From: Felis catus
Taxonomy: Eukaryota
Length of the DNA stretch: 64,000 nt
Direction of reading: 5' to 3'
NCBI RefSeq assembly: GCF_018350175.1
Contig: NC_058369.1
Coordinates: 22,446,001 to 22,510,000, forward strand
Below the pieces are notes generated by a model, which made no database searches, had not been told where the DNA came from, and saw nothing but the letters and a program-made list of their open reading frames with translations. Shown here one piece after another: positions 1-12,930 of the stretch. The position numbers were made by a program, and so were the translations under genes. Numbering within the stretch: position 1 is the first letter of the stretch; every line of letters begins with the position of its first letter.

Positions 1-608
1 ACGATATCGATTTTTGTGTAAAAATCACCCACAGAAGGCAAGAAAAAGGAGGCTGTTTGTCATCTTTCCTTTTTTTATTTCCACTTTTTGAGACATTTTC
101 AAGTTCTGTATTAGTTGGGTTTTTCTTTTTTAAATACAATTCTGATTTCGATGATTGATATTGCTTTAAGTGCCTCTAGTATTTGGAAATATGTTTCATC
201 TGAACCCCCATCGCTCTGTGTCAGTTCTATTCTTTAGTCATTCCTCACTACATGGTGTTATTGGTGTTTGTGTCCATGACTTCACTCCCTTGCTAGATTG
301 TGAATTTATTGAGAGTAGACATATACTTGCATGTGCTTTAGCAACAGTGAATTCTCTAGTGGCATGAGTAGGTGGGGTTCTTATTTTAAGAATATGATTT
401 TTAAAATTGAGTTATAAAATAATTTTATAATGAGAATTTTTCTCATGGAATGCATGTTTTGGTGACTCTGAGATGGAGAATTCATACTCCATTTATATCT
501 TTAATAATTTGTAGGAGGAAAAGATAGATGTTTCATCTGCAAACCAATTTTTTTTAGTTATATGTGTTTATGATTCTCAGGGATTATGTAAAATTTAAAG
601 AGATACAG

Positions 609-610
<2 letters not shown>

Positions 611-648
<38 letters not shown>
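611..648. repeat. (AC)n microsatellite
   Basis: Pure AC run seen directly. Confidence 0.97.
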
Positions 649-652
<4 letters not shown>

Positions 653-1070
653 CTTTGAAAGGAGTGGGGATCCTACCCTGCCCCTGTGGGAGGAGAACAG
701 ATGTGTCTCCAATTACAACACTGAGTAGAAGGTCTGCTATTCCCAGAGGGCTGGGGAATCTCAGCTCTCAGGGGATGAGTTTGGTTACAAGGGCCTGCTG
801 GTGCTTACAGGCAGGAACCGCCTGGGAAAAGGGAGGGCTGTCTGTGGCCTGGGTTGACCAGCAAGCCTTCCCAGCTGACCTCCACAGAAGAGCCCAAGGG
901 GATGCAAAGCTGGTTCCTACTTCCTTTTTCTACTTATTTTTTGGTATGTGATGAATTTGAATTTGTCCGAGGACTCTTCACCTGGGTTTTAGCTTAGCCC
1001 TTTTGAACTCAAGGCTTCCTTGGAAATTGTATTCTGTATGTGACCTTACAGAAAGCATCTTGGATATTCT

Positions 1071-1289
1071 TTTTTTTTTTTTTAATGTTTCTATTTTTTT
1101 TTTTTTTGAGACAGAGACAGAGCATGAGCAGGGGAGGGGCAGAGAGAGGGGGAGACACAGAATCCGAAGCGGGCTCCAGACTCTGAGCTGTCAGCACAGA
1201 GCCTGACACGGGGCTCGAACTCACAGAGTGTGAGATCATGACATGAGCTGAAGTCAGACGCTCAACCGACTGAGCCACCAAGGCGCCCC
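1071..1289 (-). mobile_element. Carnivore SINE (SINEC_Fc-type)
   Basis: Reverse-complement GGGGCGCC start, tRNA-like head, (CT)n, A-tail; TSD GCATCTTGGATATTCTTTT at 1055 and 1290. Confidence 0.96.
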
Positions 1290-1463
1290 GCATCTTGGAT
1301 ATTCTTTTGGCAACTTCTTGGAAGACTATTGCTAGAGGAGAATGCCTAACGTAGTTGCACTCCCTTTTGTTAATTTCTTACATAGCCAAATGTGTAGAGG
1401 TCAGGTGCTCAGGGCCTGGAGCCAATCAATTTTGGATTAGCTCTTCACCACACAATAGCTATG

Positions 1464-2667
1464 CAAAGGACAGTTTACCATGAAGCTAAAAATTCAAGTC
1501 TGGGATGCTTCCCTTTCCAGAGGAGCCCTAGCTATGTGGCCAACATAGTCAATTCAGACTACTGTCTCTTTCCACTCTGACTGCCCCTGGTCTCCCTTTA
1601 GCTTTGTAGGATGGTGCTAGAATGGCCAAGGGCATTTTGGAGATCTGGTTAAGGGGAAGTTGAGTGGGGAATACACCATCTTAACTGCAGTTTGGAATGT
1701 CCTTTTGGAATGTGTCAATAAAACAAGTGAGAAATCACAGACTTCTGACTTGAGCATACGTGAATGGTACTTTTTTGGTGGCCATCTTAAAACTTACGGA
1801 GGAACTGAAAGAAAATTCATACAGATATAAAAATGTGAAAAAGAAGTGACAAAGATGAACAATAAAATCAACAGACACTGAGAAGAAAATTATGACAAAA
1901 AATTTCAGATCCTGTCAAATGAACTCATTCACAGAAAGGTAAATCCTATTCCATTCATTTAGGAAAAAAGAAATACGGACTAGAAATAATGAAGAAGGAC
2001 TTGGAATTTTGATAATTCAGTTAATGAAGAGGAGTGAATCATAGAAGCATATTGGGAAAATATGTAAATCATTTGCTGATTTAACACAGAACAAAGAGAA
2101 CATAAAATTCATTCATGCATTATTATAGTGAGGACATCTGTCAACAGCAAACAGGTTAATGAGTGTTGTTAACTCAGTGGTGTTGATTCAAGATTGGTCA
2201 TTGAAAAGGAAACTTGAAGTACCCTGAAATCTTTATGGCTCAGATATGAAAGAGACTTGAAAGAGCTTTTACCTAAATTTGACGACAACCCTAAGGAATT
2301 ACCTGCTATCATCTATAATGAGTCATGAAGCTGAAAGGTATTTCCTCAACTATCAATAATAAAAGCAAACTTTGATCAACCACAATACAGGAAAGATATA
2401 TTATCTTTGTTTTCTTTTTATAGAAAAAATATACGGTCAAGAAATTTAGGAAAAACTATAGAGGTATGGCGGGCAGATGATAAAAATTACTGCTATTTTT
2501 CCAGATTTCATGATATTTGTAATACTTTTGCACTTGTAATTTGTTGCAATTTCTTTCCTCATCCTAAATAAATATCCTCTTACATGCCTAAATTTATTTT
2601 GGAGTTTTGTGTTCCTTAAAGCAGGAATGCTCACACTGTGTAAGTTTCAGGTTCTATAAAATCTGTG
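1464..2667 (+). mobile_element. hAT-Tip100 DNA transposon (Zaphod-like) with decayed transposase C-terminus
   Basis: 2276-2396 translates with frameshifts to NLTTTLRNYLLSSIMSHEAERYF/LSIIK/STTIQER, resembling the hAT dimerisation motif (SxxxERxFS..LSIIK..RST..ERL); ends resemble Zaphod termini. Confidence 0.75.
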
Positions 2668-3789
2668 TATTTAGCACAGAATCTGAGATGTGGCAAACAT
2701 CAGTCCTTATTAGTATCATCCATCCATCCATTCAGTGGACTTGGTTAGGCACCTGAGTATTCAGGCACCATGGATTCAACAGGGAATAAGATAGACAAAG
2801 TCTCTGCTCTTAAAAAACCCAGGTTCTCGTTTATTCTAATTCTTACTATTTACTCCACTCATTATTGGGTCTCTTTGTTCTCCTCCTAAAAGGCTCCTTA
2901 CCTTTTTCACATGAGATGGATTAAACGTAATTTGTTTTGAAAATTATGTGCCACCCTTTAGATATGTGGTCCTTCCAGCGATGTTGCAAAACCAGAGTTG
3001 GAGACTGGCAGTTCAATGTCCTGTCTAATCCTATGGTAGGGTGGGGTGGGCATTCACAGTTTGTGACTTGGTGTTCTGAGTGGCTCGTGATAGAGACGGA
3101 GCAGCTCAGCAGGGAGCTCATCAGAGCATCTTGAAAGAGGCCTATCCAGTGGCTCTCACTCCCAGCTTCCCTCAGAACCTCAGGGTAGAAGAGACTTCTT
3201 GGAACTAGGACATAGCGCTCACTCGCTTCTCTATGGGGCTACCTATTTTTTGCAGGGTTTTCTGGGGTAACTCATCATTTTGGAACTACTGTTTTCTGCA
3301 CTAATAGCTTTCTAAAGCTGGAGAGAGGTCAGGAAAGGAGGCAGCATGCAAATTCTGAGGACCAGAGGGTTGGTTTTCCACTTGGACTCTTTGAGTCCAA
3401 GCATCTGCTGAAATTTATTTATAGGTTTACAGAAAGGGTCTTAGTTATTCTATAGCAGAAGCCCAGTGTACTGGCTTTGGTCCAGTTTTGGAAAGCTGAA
3501 ATGTTTGACTCTTTTTGTTTTATTTTAGGCGTGTACTATACTGGTGGAATCAAATGAGGAAGCAGCGAGTTGTGAGCATAATGTGGGGATTCTTTTTTTT
3601 TTTTTTTTGCCTTTTTTTTTTTTAAATATGGATGACGGTCAGAGGTCTGATAATCATTTGGTCATTTAGTGTCAGTTGCAGTGAATTCTTAAGATCCGAG
3701 ATCAAGAGAATCTATTCTCTTCTTGTGCTGAGATTCTGTTTTTCACACCTAAACTCCCACTAATAGACTGAATTTTGGATATCTCATCT

Positions 3790-3925
3790 TGAACAACTCT
3801 GATACAGACTGAGTCCCTTCAGGATAGGAACTTCATCTGCTAAGTCCTAGGAACCGGCAGGGTGCCTGGTACTTAATAGGTCCTCAATAAATATTTCTAA
3901 GTGGAGGAATGAAGGATGAATGAAC
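3790..3925 (+). mobile_element. L2 3' end fragment
   Basis: GTGCCTGGTACTTAATAGGTCCTCAATAAATATTT..GAATGAA L2 tail. Confidence 0.65.
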
Positions 3926-4224
3926 AAAGGGCCATACATATAAGTTAACAGCATTTCTATGATGGGGGAAGGAGGCCTCCTCTACCCAAATAAGCTCATG
4001 TGGTATTCATTTAAAGCATGCTAAGAAAGACTCTGTTAAATACAAAGTCTACTTCACAAATAAATGTTGTGTTTTGAGAATAAACCACTTCCTGTATTGA
4101 TAGGGAATAAACTGCTTTGCAGCTCTTGCTACATTTCTCCAAACGGGAAACATTCAAATATGTGTCAAGATAACGGAGCTGTTTGCTTTGAGTCGGTTAT
4201 AGGTCCATGACTTGGCTCATGGAA

Positions 4225-4400
4225 TTTAAGTCAGAGAACTTGGGCTCTAAACCCAGCCCTGATGCACACGAGCTCCCTGGTCTTGGCTAAGCTACCTAAG
4301 CTCTCTGAGAGTTTTCTCATCTATATAATGGGAATAATAAGAATGACTTCATAGGGTTGTCAGAAAGATTGAATAAGATAATGCTTGGCACAAAATAAGC
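4225..4400 (+). mobile_element. MIR fragment
   Basis: MIR core-like TTTTCTCATCTATATAATGGGAATAATAA..TCATAGGGTTGT. Confidence 0.7.
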
Positions 4401-5725
4401 ATCTAGTAAAAATTTCTCCCCTTCCACCTCCTTCCTATTCCTTCCTCTTCCTCATCCTTTCTCTCCTGCTAACTAAGCTGGGCATTGGCAATTTGTTCCG
4501 CTCGCTTTCTCGGCTGGTCTCCCCTGGAAGCAGGTTACAGCGTGGGGAAGCTTCCCAGGGGCCACTGTGCAGCCCCATCCGGCAGGAACATTTTCGTGTA
4601 GCTTTTGAATGTTCAGAGAGGAAGCACATAGAGATTTTGTGTCCCTAGATTTTACAAAAGAGTTCAGCACTTACATTTTTGCTCATTTACTTAGTGACCA
4701 TCCCCCTCCTACACCCACCCTACCCGCCAAGTTGGATCTCACCAGCTTTCCAAATCCTCTGGGATTGCTCTCAGCTCCTTTTTCTTCTCAGAAGGCAAGC
4801 CTGCTTTTATTTTCCTTTTCAGGGATTTTACTGGGTGAGAAATTTACATTGAAGGCCGTTTCCTTAGGGCTTGGGCCTTGAAGGTGACTGACTTTTTTAA
4901 AAAAGCTATCACTGACCTAGAGAAGCCAAGCCAAACCTGCCCTTCTGGAGAGAGCCCACAACTCTCTAAGGCTGCCCTTTCTCCTGGGTCCACCCACCGT
5001 GACAAGCCAAGGTCAAGCTCAGCCATGGCGGCGGCTGGATTTTGCTCATTTGGTACATTATTTATGTAACATGCGGGTTGCGAGGGAGTGTGGATGTAGA
5101 TGATTCATAGGCCCAAGCAGTTGGAAACAGATTGCAGATGCCCAGCTCCTTCACTTGGGTGTCCCCCACCCCCTGCCCCCCAAGCTGCTTCATGTGCTAC
5201 TTCCTGCCTGCCCTGCGGTGGCTCCTCAGGCTAAATGCAGTCCCTGCTCGCCCCCCTCCGCACCCCGCCCCCCCCCAGCCCTAAGGAACAGGGGGCACAG
5301 TGGCCCTGGAGGCCCTAAACCTGCAACAGATTCCGGGGACACACCTACTTCCTTAGAATGTAATTCTCATTAAAAAAAAACCCTAGACCATAAAATAGCA
5401 TACGGAATTCTGAAAAAGTTATGATGACTACTTCAATGCCTATTTTTTGAAATACCAAGTTCTTTAAAAAAAAAGTTTCATTTTCATGGTCCTGCCCCTC
5501 CTTTTCTAGCACGCTTGGCAGCACGCTTCGCTTGCGTCTTGGGCAGCATGGTGACGGTAGGCATGCTGCTCTCTGGCTAACTTGCAAGGGAACCTCTTCT
5601 TCACTTTGTAAGAGTTCTGTCCCACCTGGGAGACCTGCCCTCAGGTGACATCCCAGCACTGTCTCATGCACTGGGAGGCTCAGACTGTGGAGCTGGACAG
5701 GCTTAGTAAGACCACTCATTCGTTC

Positions 5726-6213
5726 TGTGTATCAGCCATCAATTGTGAAGATAATGCCTCAGAACAAAAAAGAAAACCTCCATGGCGCCCAAAGCTTTTA
5801 TCAGTCCCACTTCTGGGGTCATCAGCTAGGCAGCTCTGTTGATCTTAACAATCTTCCTCATATATCTAGGGGGTCACGGACAGCTGACTGAGGATGGCCT
5901 AGGCCAGGGTAATGGGATGTCTTGACTGTGTGCCACTTACCTCCCAGCCTCCAGAAGGTTAGCCTGGGCTTGCTCTCATGGCAGTGGTAGACCAAGAGCG
6001 AGAAGAGGCTCATGGCAGTGGTAGAGCAAGAGTGAGAAGAGGCTCAGTCAGACAGACACTGTTTAAGCATCACATTTGCTAACATCTCATTTGGCCAAAG
6101 CAAGGCACATGGGTGAACCCGGAGTTGGAGTAGATGGAACACTACAGTTACATGGCTAAGAGCTTAGAGACAGAAAGAGGTGAAGAATTTGGGTCATTTT
6201 TGCAAACTACTAT
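5726..6213. mobile_element. MaLR solo LTR (MLT1H-like)
   Basis: Motifs TTGCTAACATCTCATTTGGCCAAAGCAAGGCACATGG and GAGGTGAAGAATTTGGGTCATTTTTGCAA typical of MLT1. Confidence 0.6.
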
Positions 6214-6449
6214 GCTGTGTGGCCTTGGGAAAGTGAATTGGCCTCTCTGAGCCTGACTTTCCCCTTCTTTTGAAATAGACCATTCATGATCCCTAGCCAT
6301 CAAAACTGTGTGAGGATCAAAGGAGAGCATTGGGTTGAATGGGTGTGATTCATGGCTATTTAAGCTTACAGAAGTGCTATGTAAGCTTCCAGGCTAAAGA
6401 GTGTACATACATACTCCTGTGGCTAGTTTCTCCATTAGCAGGTTAGGTA

Positions 6450-7003
6450 CTACATTAGTTAAAGGGTTCTCCAGACAAATAGAACCAAAAGAGGGTATAT
6501 ATACAGAGAGAGTGAAATTTATTTTAAAGGAACTATTTCATGTGATTGTACAGGCTTGGCAGGTCCAAAATCTGCAGGGGAGGTAGACAGGAGACTCAGG
6601 GGAGAGTTGCAGTCTAGTCCAAAGGCAATTGGCTGCCAGAATTCCTTCTTGCTCAGTGGATGTCAGTCTTAGTTCTATTAAGGCCTTCAACTGATTGGAT
6701 GAGGCCTCACCCACATCATGAAAGTCAAGTTGCTTTACTCAAAGCCCACAGATTTAAATGTTAATCTTACCCCAAAACCACCCTCACAGAAACATCTAGA
6801 ATAATGTTAGAAAATACCAGGGCATTGGGTCACCTGGGTGGCTCAATTGGTTAAGCATCCAACGCTTGGTTTCAGCTCAGGTTATGATCTCAAAGTTTGT
6901 GGGATCGAGCCCTATGTTGGGCTCTGTGCTGACAGCACAGAGCCTACTTGGGATTCGCTCTCTCCCTCTCTCTCTCTCTCTGCCCCTCCCCTACTTGTGC
7001 TTG

Positions 7004-7034
<31 letters not shown>

Positions 7035-7184
7035 AAAAATAAATGAAAGAAAAGAAGGAAGAAGAAAACAGAAAGGAAAGAAAAAGAAAGAGAAAGAAAG
7101 AAGGAAAGAAAAAGAACAAACAAATGAACGAGCAACCTGGGTGCCATGGCCTGGTCAAGTTGACACCTAAAAATAACTATCACA
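6450..7184 (-). mobile_element. ERVL solo LTR (MLT2-like), interrupted by a SINE
   Basis: AGGGTTCTCCAGA..AGAACCAA, AAGGCCTTCAACTGATTGGATGAGGCC and terminal GTCAAGTTGACACCTAAAAATAACTATCACA resemble MLT2. Confidence 0.8.
6827..7125 (+). mobile_element. Carnivore SINE with GAAA-rich tail
   Basis: GGGTCACCTGGGTGGCTCA head, (CT)n, AATAAA, purine-rich tail. Confidence 0.92.
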
Positions 7185-7419
7185 GGTATACTCTGGGCCG
7201 GGGTCTAAATTAATTGTGAATTCAATGAATATTTACTGAGTGCCTATTGTGTGCCTGGAACACATTCCAGTTGTGTTACCCATTGGAATATAGCAGTTAA
7301 TAAGCTGCTAATCCTGCTTTCAAAGAAGCGACAGTCTCACAAGCGGTAACTAAGCAGGCGAGACGACGAACCTGCCAAATGCTGTGGAGAGCTACCATTG
7401 GTGGGGTGTGCTTGCACAC

Positions 7420-7600
7420 CGGAGGAAGCTTTGGGCGTGCATTATCTCATCCAACCCCCTCAGCAGCCTGGTAGACAGGCCTTGTCATCCCTATTGCGCC
7501 GATGAGGCAGATGAGGCTTGGAGGGATTGGGGAAGCTGTGTGGAGGTCACTTAGCTAGTAAGTGCGGAGCCCAGACGGAGTTCCTCCCTTCCTGATGCCC
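7420..7600 (-). mobile_element. MIR fragment
   Basis: TGCATTATCTCATCCAACCCCCTCAGCAGCC..GATGAGG..TGAGGCTTGGAGGG..GGTCAC..GCTAGTAAGTG. Confidence 0.65.
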
Positions 7601-9581
7601 ACACCCAGGCCTGTCGCTGGCTTCAACTTCTCACTCCTGCCCTCGTGCTGTGGCTTCTCCCAGAGCGCGGAGGCCGAGCAGGAAGGTGTGAGCCCGAGGT
7701 CTGCCTAGAAGGCGGGCACCAGGAGAAGCTGGGGCAGGGACTGGGGGGCAGGGCTCAGCTGGTCTCCCGGAGCCACGGGAGCCCTCCCGCCCCTGGCCCC
7801 TGCCGGCTGGTTTGTGTTGCCTCTTCCTGAGCCTCTGGGATGTGGGCGGCAAACAGGCCACCAGTACTACCCTTCAAGTCCATCTTGGGAAACAACCCTC
7901 TCAGTATCCTCATCTTTAAAGGGACACATGAGCATGTGTCTGTGTGTAGGTAGAGAGAGGGAAGATTTGAGCTCTTTCCAGGAAAGCCACCTCTTCATCC
8001 ATTCTGCTCAGGGACATGCTCTGGGTGAGTGTGTGTACAGACATACATATGTAATATTTTCAGACTTTCTCTACATCCAAACTGCTCGCAGCAGGGTGCA
8101 GATGGAACTATATGCTAATGGTCGTGGGAGAAGCCTGCGCCCCACGTGAGGACTGCTCCTATGGATGTTGAAAGCAAGCTCTCCTCTAAGGGGCTTTTCT
8201 CCCTAGCAGTGAGCGGGCCGTACGTGACTGTGCACACATTAGCCATCGGCTTGGTGTATGCGGGCCAAAAGCCTGACCTGGCCCACAGATGAAGAACCTG
8301 TGGGGGCGAGGGAGGAGGGGGTGCTTTATGTAAGTGGTTTTTAGACGGATGGAAGACTCGTTTTAATTGCATAAGAAGTAATCTTTCTTAAGTAGAGCTG
8401 TGGGTCCTTTTGCAAACCTGGGCTAGACAGGACTTTGCTGCTGCTGCTGCTCTTTTCAATGCACCTTTATTTCCGTGAGAATTGCCCATCGGTGTGTTGA
8501 GCTGTATCTGGGCCGTTTGCTGCTTCTACAGAGGCTCGGCGATTCTCCGCATACCCCCTACTCGATGCAAGTTCGCCCCAGTGCTGATGATGTCATCTAA
8601 AGGGTCTTGAGCTAGGTCGTAACTGAAATGGTGGTTTTGAGAATGGAGCGGTGGGTGCTCACAACACAAGCCAGTGGGCTGTTTGAACAACAGTGGTTTG
8701 AGCAGTGATTTTCAAGTCACGGTCCCACGGATGACCCAGCTTCAGAGAACCTACTGAGCTCGATATCTTTGCAGCAGAGTAGAGCCCACCATTGGCAGAA
8801 TTTCCACATTCCCTCAGAGGAAGCACTCAGAGACCCAGAGGACCCTGGGTTCCAGCACCTCCATCTTTAGAGCTCATGTTGGGGAACCAACCTTGGTGTC
8901 CTCGGTGTAGGGACCTGAAAGGAGAGGCTGGCTTCCTGGACACACCTTGGGCTGAACGAGTCTGAGTATGGCAAGAAACACGCCAGCTTGGATCATGAGG
9001 TTCCTACGCAGCTGTACTCAAGGTGAAAGCACGTATCCTGGCCGCTTGTATTATCAGCAGCAAGTAAGTAAAACCTGGTGTTCTTCAGCAGGAAGCGGCT
9101 TACGCAAGCTCACTGCTCTGTGGGATGAGCTTTTCCCAAGAAAGGACACGAAGGCTTGAGGTAGCTTATAGGGAGACCCTTTGCCTGAGGTAGTTGCATG
9201 CCGGGTGGAAGGAAGTTTACCTCAGGCGTGGATTTTTGTAGGCACCGTGTCATTTCGTTAATCTCTGCATAGCCAGTGCACTGAAATCCATTGAGAGGCA
9301 CACAATAAAAGTTTGGTGGATGGATGAATGACTCTATTGAGACTAGTCAGAAAGAAGGCAGCCTCAGCCAAAATAATCCTTACCAACTGTAAACGAGCGT
9401 GTGAAACCAAGTTCTTGTGCAGGTGAATGGGGTCAGCTATCTCAGGGAACAAGGAGCGGGGAGCAGGGCTTCCTGGCCTCTGTCGCTGGGCCCTCTGGAC
9501 TGCCAGTCCCAGAGATTCGAAGAAGTAGGGATGTCCTTCTCTGGCCTGTCCGTCTGCACCGGGAGATTTCTTCCTTGGAAC

Positions 9582-9800
9582 TTTTTTTTTTTTTTTTAAC
9601 GTTTATTTATTTTTGAGACAGAGAGAGACAGAGCATGAACGGGGGAGGGTCACAGAGAGAGGGAGACACAGAATCTGAAACAGGCTCCAGGCTCTGAGCT
9701 GTCAGCACAGAGCCCAACGCAGGGCTCGAACCCACGGACCGTGAGATCATGACCTGAGCCGAAGTCGGATGCTTAACCGACCGAGCCACCCAGGCGCCCC
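9582..9800 (-). mobile_element. Carnivore SINE (SINEC_Fc-type)
   Basis: Full element; TSD TCTTCCTTGGAACTTTT at 9569 and 9801. Confidence 0.96.
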
Positions 9801-12000
9801 TCTTCCTTGGAACTTTTGCCTTCCCCGTAAGTCTCGCACTGGTTTTCATCTCTGTGTCTCTGCATGTCTCGTCACCACTGCCCACACCTGGTGGCCCCTC
9901 ACCTGTGTACGCGTCTGTACAGGCAGGCTGGGGTGGAGGGGCCCTCAGGCTCTGGAGCCAGCCTACTTGGACTTCCGTGCTGGGGGAGCCACTGCCACTT
10001 ATATCTTGTGGCCCGTGCAGGTTGTCCAAGTCACCCAATAATTCAGGACCCCCATTTTGCGTCTGGAAAACAGAAATGACGGTAATGGTACCCAAGCCAG
10101 AGGATTGTTTTAAGATTGAATTGGCAAATACACAGAACAGAACCTAGAACAGGGCAACCTAGTTCCTATCAGCCAGCCACTGTCTCTCTTGTGATTCCCT
10201 GTCTCCTATACCTCTGTTAGAGTTGCTTTCTCCTCTCTCTACTGCCACCACTTTGTTCTCCCCTCTTTCCAACTGGCCACCGTGGCTGGTCCACTTCCGT
10301 ATCCAACAACTCCCAGGGCCCCTCCAACACCCACCCAATTACACTCAAAATCTCCTTGGCAGAATTCAAGGCTTTCCATTTTCCAGGCCACCAGTGTGGC
10401 CAATATACTTCCCTGACATTTCCTGACCCATGCCTGATGTTTCTGCCTAAAGGCACCCTATCTTTGTTCCTAGGCAGCCTCTGTGCTCTCTGTCACCTCC
10501 TTGCTCTGGCTGGAAATTCCTGTCCAGCCTGTCCTGTCTTCCATCTGCTCAGACCTCTGCACAGCAGGAGGGAGAAGCCGCATTCCGGAGCTGCCCTCCT
10601 TGATCTGCAGGTTTCAGATACTCTTAGTTTGGTTTTGGAGGTCAGACCCTGCACTCACATCAGAAAGGCAGTACATCCTCCGAGATCACCATCCTATTCA
10701 GAGGTACCTCTTGTACATTGTAGCAAACTGAAGCCCGTCATCTTTCAAGATTATCAAAGGTTAATGCTCCCCCCATCACCCAAAGTACCCTGATTTCCTT
10801 GCCTCCTTGTGACATTGGTTTTATTATACTGAATTTGGTTACTTCCAGGACCAGCATCGGTCATCTCGAGGGATTTTAATTTAGAAAATATAAAGGAGAC
10901 TACTTATGCTATAGAGAGGGTCACTGCATCTTATTGTCCCTGAATACGTATAGCTTTTAAAATCACCACTTGATGATTCATTTGTAGCAGCAAATGCTTA
11001 TCATATAATGTTGGCTGAAAAAAAAACCAGAATGCAAAAGTGCATTTACAATATGTGTATGAATCACATGGGTCAGGACTGGAAGAGGCTGTGGGCAAGT
11101 GACAATAGTTTGATTTGTTGGGGAAATGGGATTGAAGACAACTTTTTCTTCTTTCTACTATCGCTGTGTTAATGTTTCTGCTATTATGTAAAATAAAAAT
11201 AGCAACTAATGTTAATAGCTACCATTTGTTATTGTATTAATAATGCAGTAATACGTGTAGGCTCGATCTGGGCCACTGAGTTCTGCATTATCTCATTTAA
11301 TCCTCCCGGAATGTCTGTGAGATGGGGATGTTTATCTCTGGCACATGGGCAAGAGGTGAAGGGGCCTTCCAGTGACACAACTGCTGAGGACGCAGACAAG
11401 CGGCCTTCCACACCATGACGTCTCTCACTTTCAACCTTCTGATTAAAACAAAACCAAATAACTTTTCACGAGTCAATTTTAGAACAGTTAGAGAAGGAGG
11501 AATATGACAAAGAGAAAAAGTCACCTTGAAATAACAAGTCGTCTGTAATGTCAACCCTGGTATAGCTACCATATACCTCTTGGTCATACCTTCGAGGACA
11601 CTTCTCTTGCAGCTGCCACTGTGATCCTCCTGCAGATCTCTCACAGGGAACTTTTAGTATGTTTTCCTCATTTGGGAAGTGCGGAAGGAGGAGAAATACT
11701 TGTTCTTGAGGCTAGAGTCTAGAAAAACCATAAAACCATGGTTGGGTGGCAGAATTTCCTTTCCTAAAATCTAAGAGAAGAATGACTGAGGAATTGGAGC
11801 TTTGAGTGGAATGAGTCGACTCCACAGGATGGAATGAGGCAGGGTAAAGGGTGACTGTGTTCTCTCATACTTGCAAGGTCTGGAGAGCAGATACATTCCA
11901 GGCCCTGGTGAAAATCTTTTTTAACTAAAAATTGAGCTTATGTACAGCTTATGTATATCAGGAATGAAGACTGGAGACAATTTCATTCTAAAACTTGTAA

Positions 12001-12161
12001 GGGGAGCCTGCATAGCTCAGTCAGTTAAGCGTCTGACTCTTCATTTTGGATCAGGTTTTGATCTCATGGTTCACGGGTTCGAGCTGCACATCAGGCTCTG
12101 CACTGCCAGTGTGGAGGCTGTTTGGGATTCTTTATCTCCCTCTCTCTCTCTGCCCCTCTCC

Positions 12162-12221
<60 letters not shown>

Positions 12222-12242
12222 ATAAATAAACTTAAAAAAAAA
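12001..12242 (+). mobile_element. Carnivore SINE with long (CT)n
   Basis: GGGGAGCCTG head, (CT)n, AATAAA, A tail. Confidence 0.92.
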
Positions 12243-12686
12243 CCCTCCGTATTATAAGCAATTAAGTAGCTCCCAAGGACTCATGGTTTTTCTACATCGT
12301 TAGTACTATCAGGAGATAATCCAGGCTTTCCTAATATTTTCATTGGGTTAAAACAGTTAATATCTTCCATACTGTTGTAGTTTATGCAAAAAGAATTTCT
12401 TTATTGGCCTAGCAATGATTGCCATCTTCATTTAGTTCTGTCATACTGACAAACTCATAAAGGGTTTGTATGATGATATCACAGCTGAGCTATTAGAGAT
12501 TTTTCTTTTATTCATTCATTTATTCATTTACTTATTAATTCATCTAGTAAATATTTGTTGGAAAACAACTATATGAAAATCCTTCCTTGTGCATTTGTTA
12601 TAAAATTATAGTCAAGGGCATTGCCTATTGTGTATATTGATGTTGTATGCAGGAAATCCACATGAAAACCTTTAAGAATTAAGTTA

Positions 12687-12915
12687 GGGGCACCTGGGTG
12701 GCGCAGTCGGTTAAGCATCCGACTTCAGCCAGGTCACGATCTCGCGGTCCGGGAGTTCGAGCCCCGTGTCGGGCTCTGGGCTGATGGCTCAGAGCCTGGA
12801 GCCTGTTTCCGATTCTGTGTCTCCCTCTCTCTCTGCCCCTCCCCCGTTCATGCTCTGTCTCTCTCTGTCCCAAAAATAAATAAAAAACGTTGAAAAAAAA
12901 AATAAAAAAAAAAAA
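12687..12915 (+). mobile_element. Young felid SINE (SINEC_Fc)
   Basis: GCCAGGTCACGATCTCGCGGTCCGGGAG, CpG-rich; TSD AAGAATTAAGTT at 12674 and 12916. Confidence 0.96.
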
Positions 12916-12930
12916 AAGAATTAAGTTCCA

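Noticed and set aside
1003..1293. Recurrent ORFs such as GAWVAQSVKRPTSAQVMIS and ETEHERGRGRERGRHR
   Set aside because: Translations of SINE bodies repeated throughout the window
3529..3600. Possible exon after TTTTGTTTTATTTTAG
   Set aside because: Weak donor and unrecognisable translations
5025..5069. Strong Kozak GCCATGGCGGCGGC
   Set aside because: Frame stops after 14 codons; no convincing donor or CpG island
12687..12770. tRNA-like A/B boxes
   Set aside because: SINE heads, not tRNA genes
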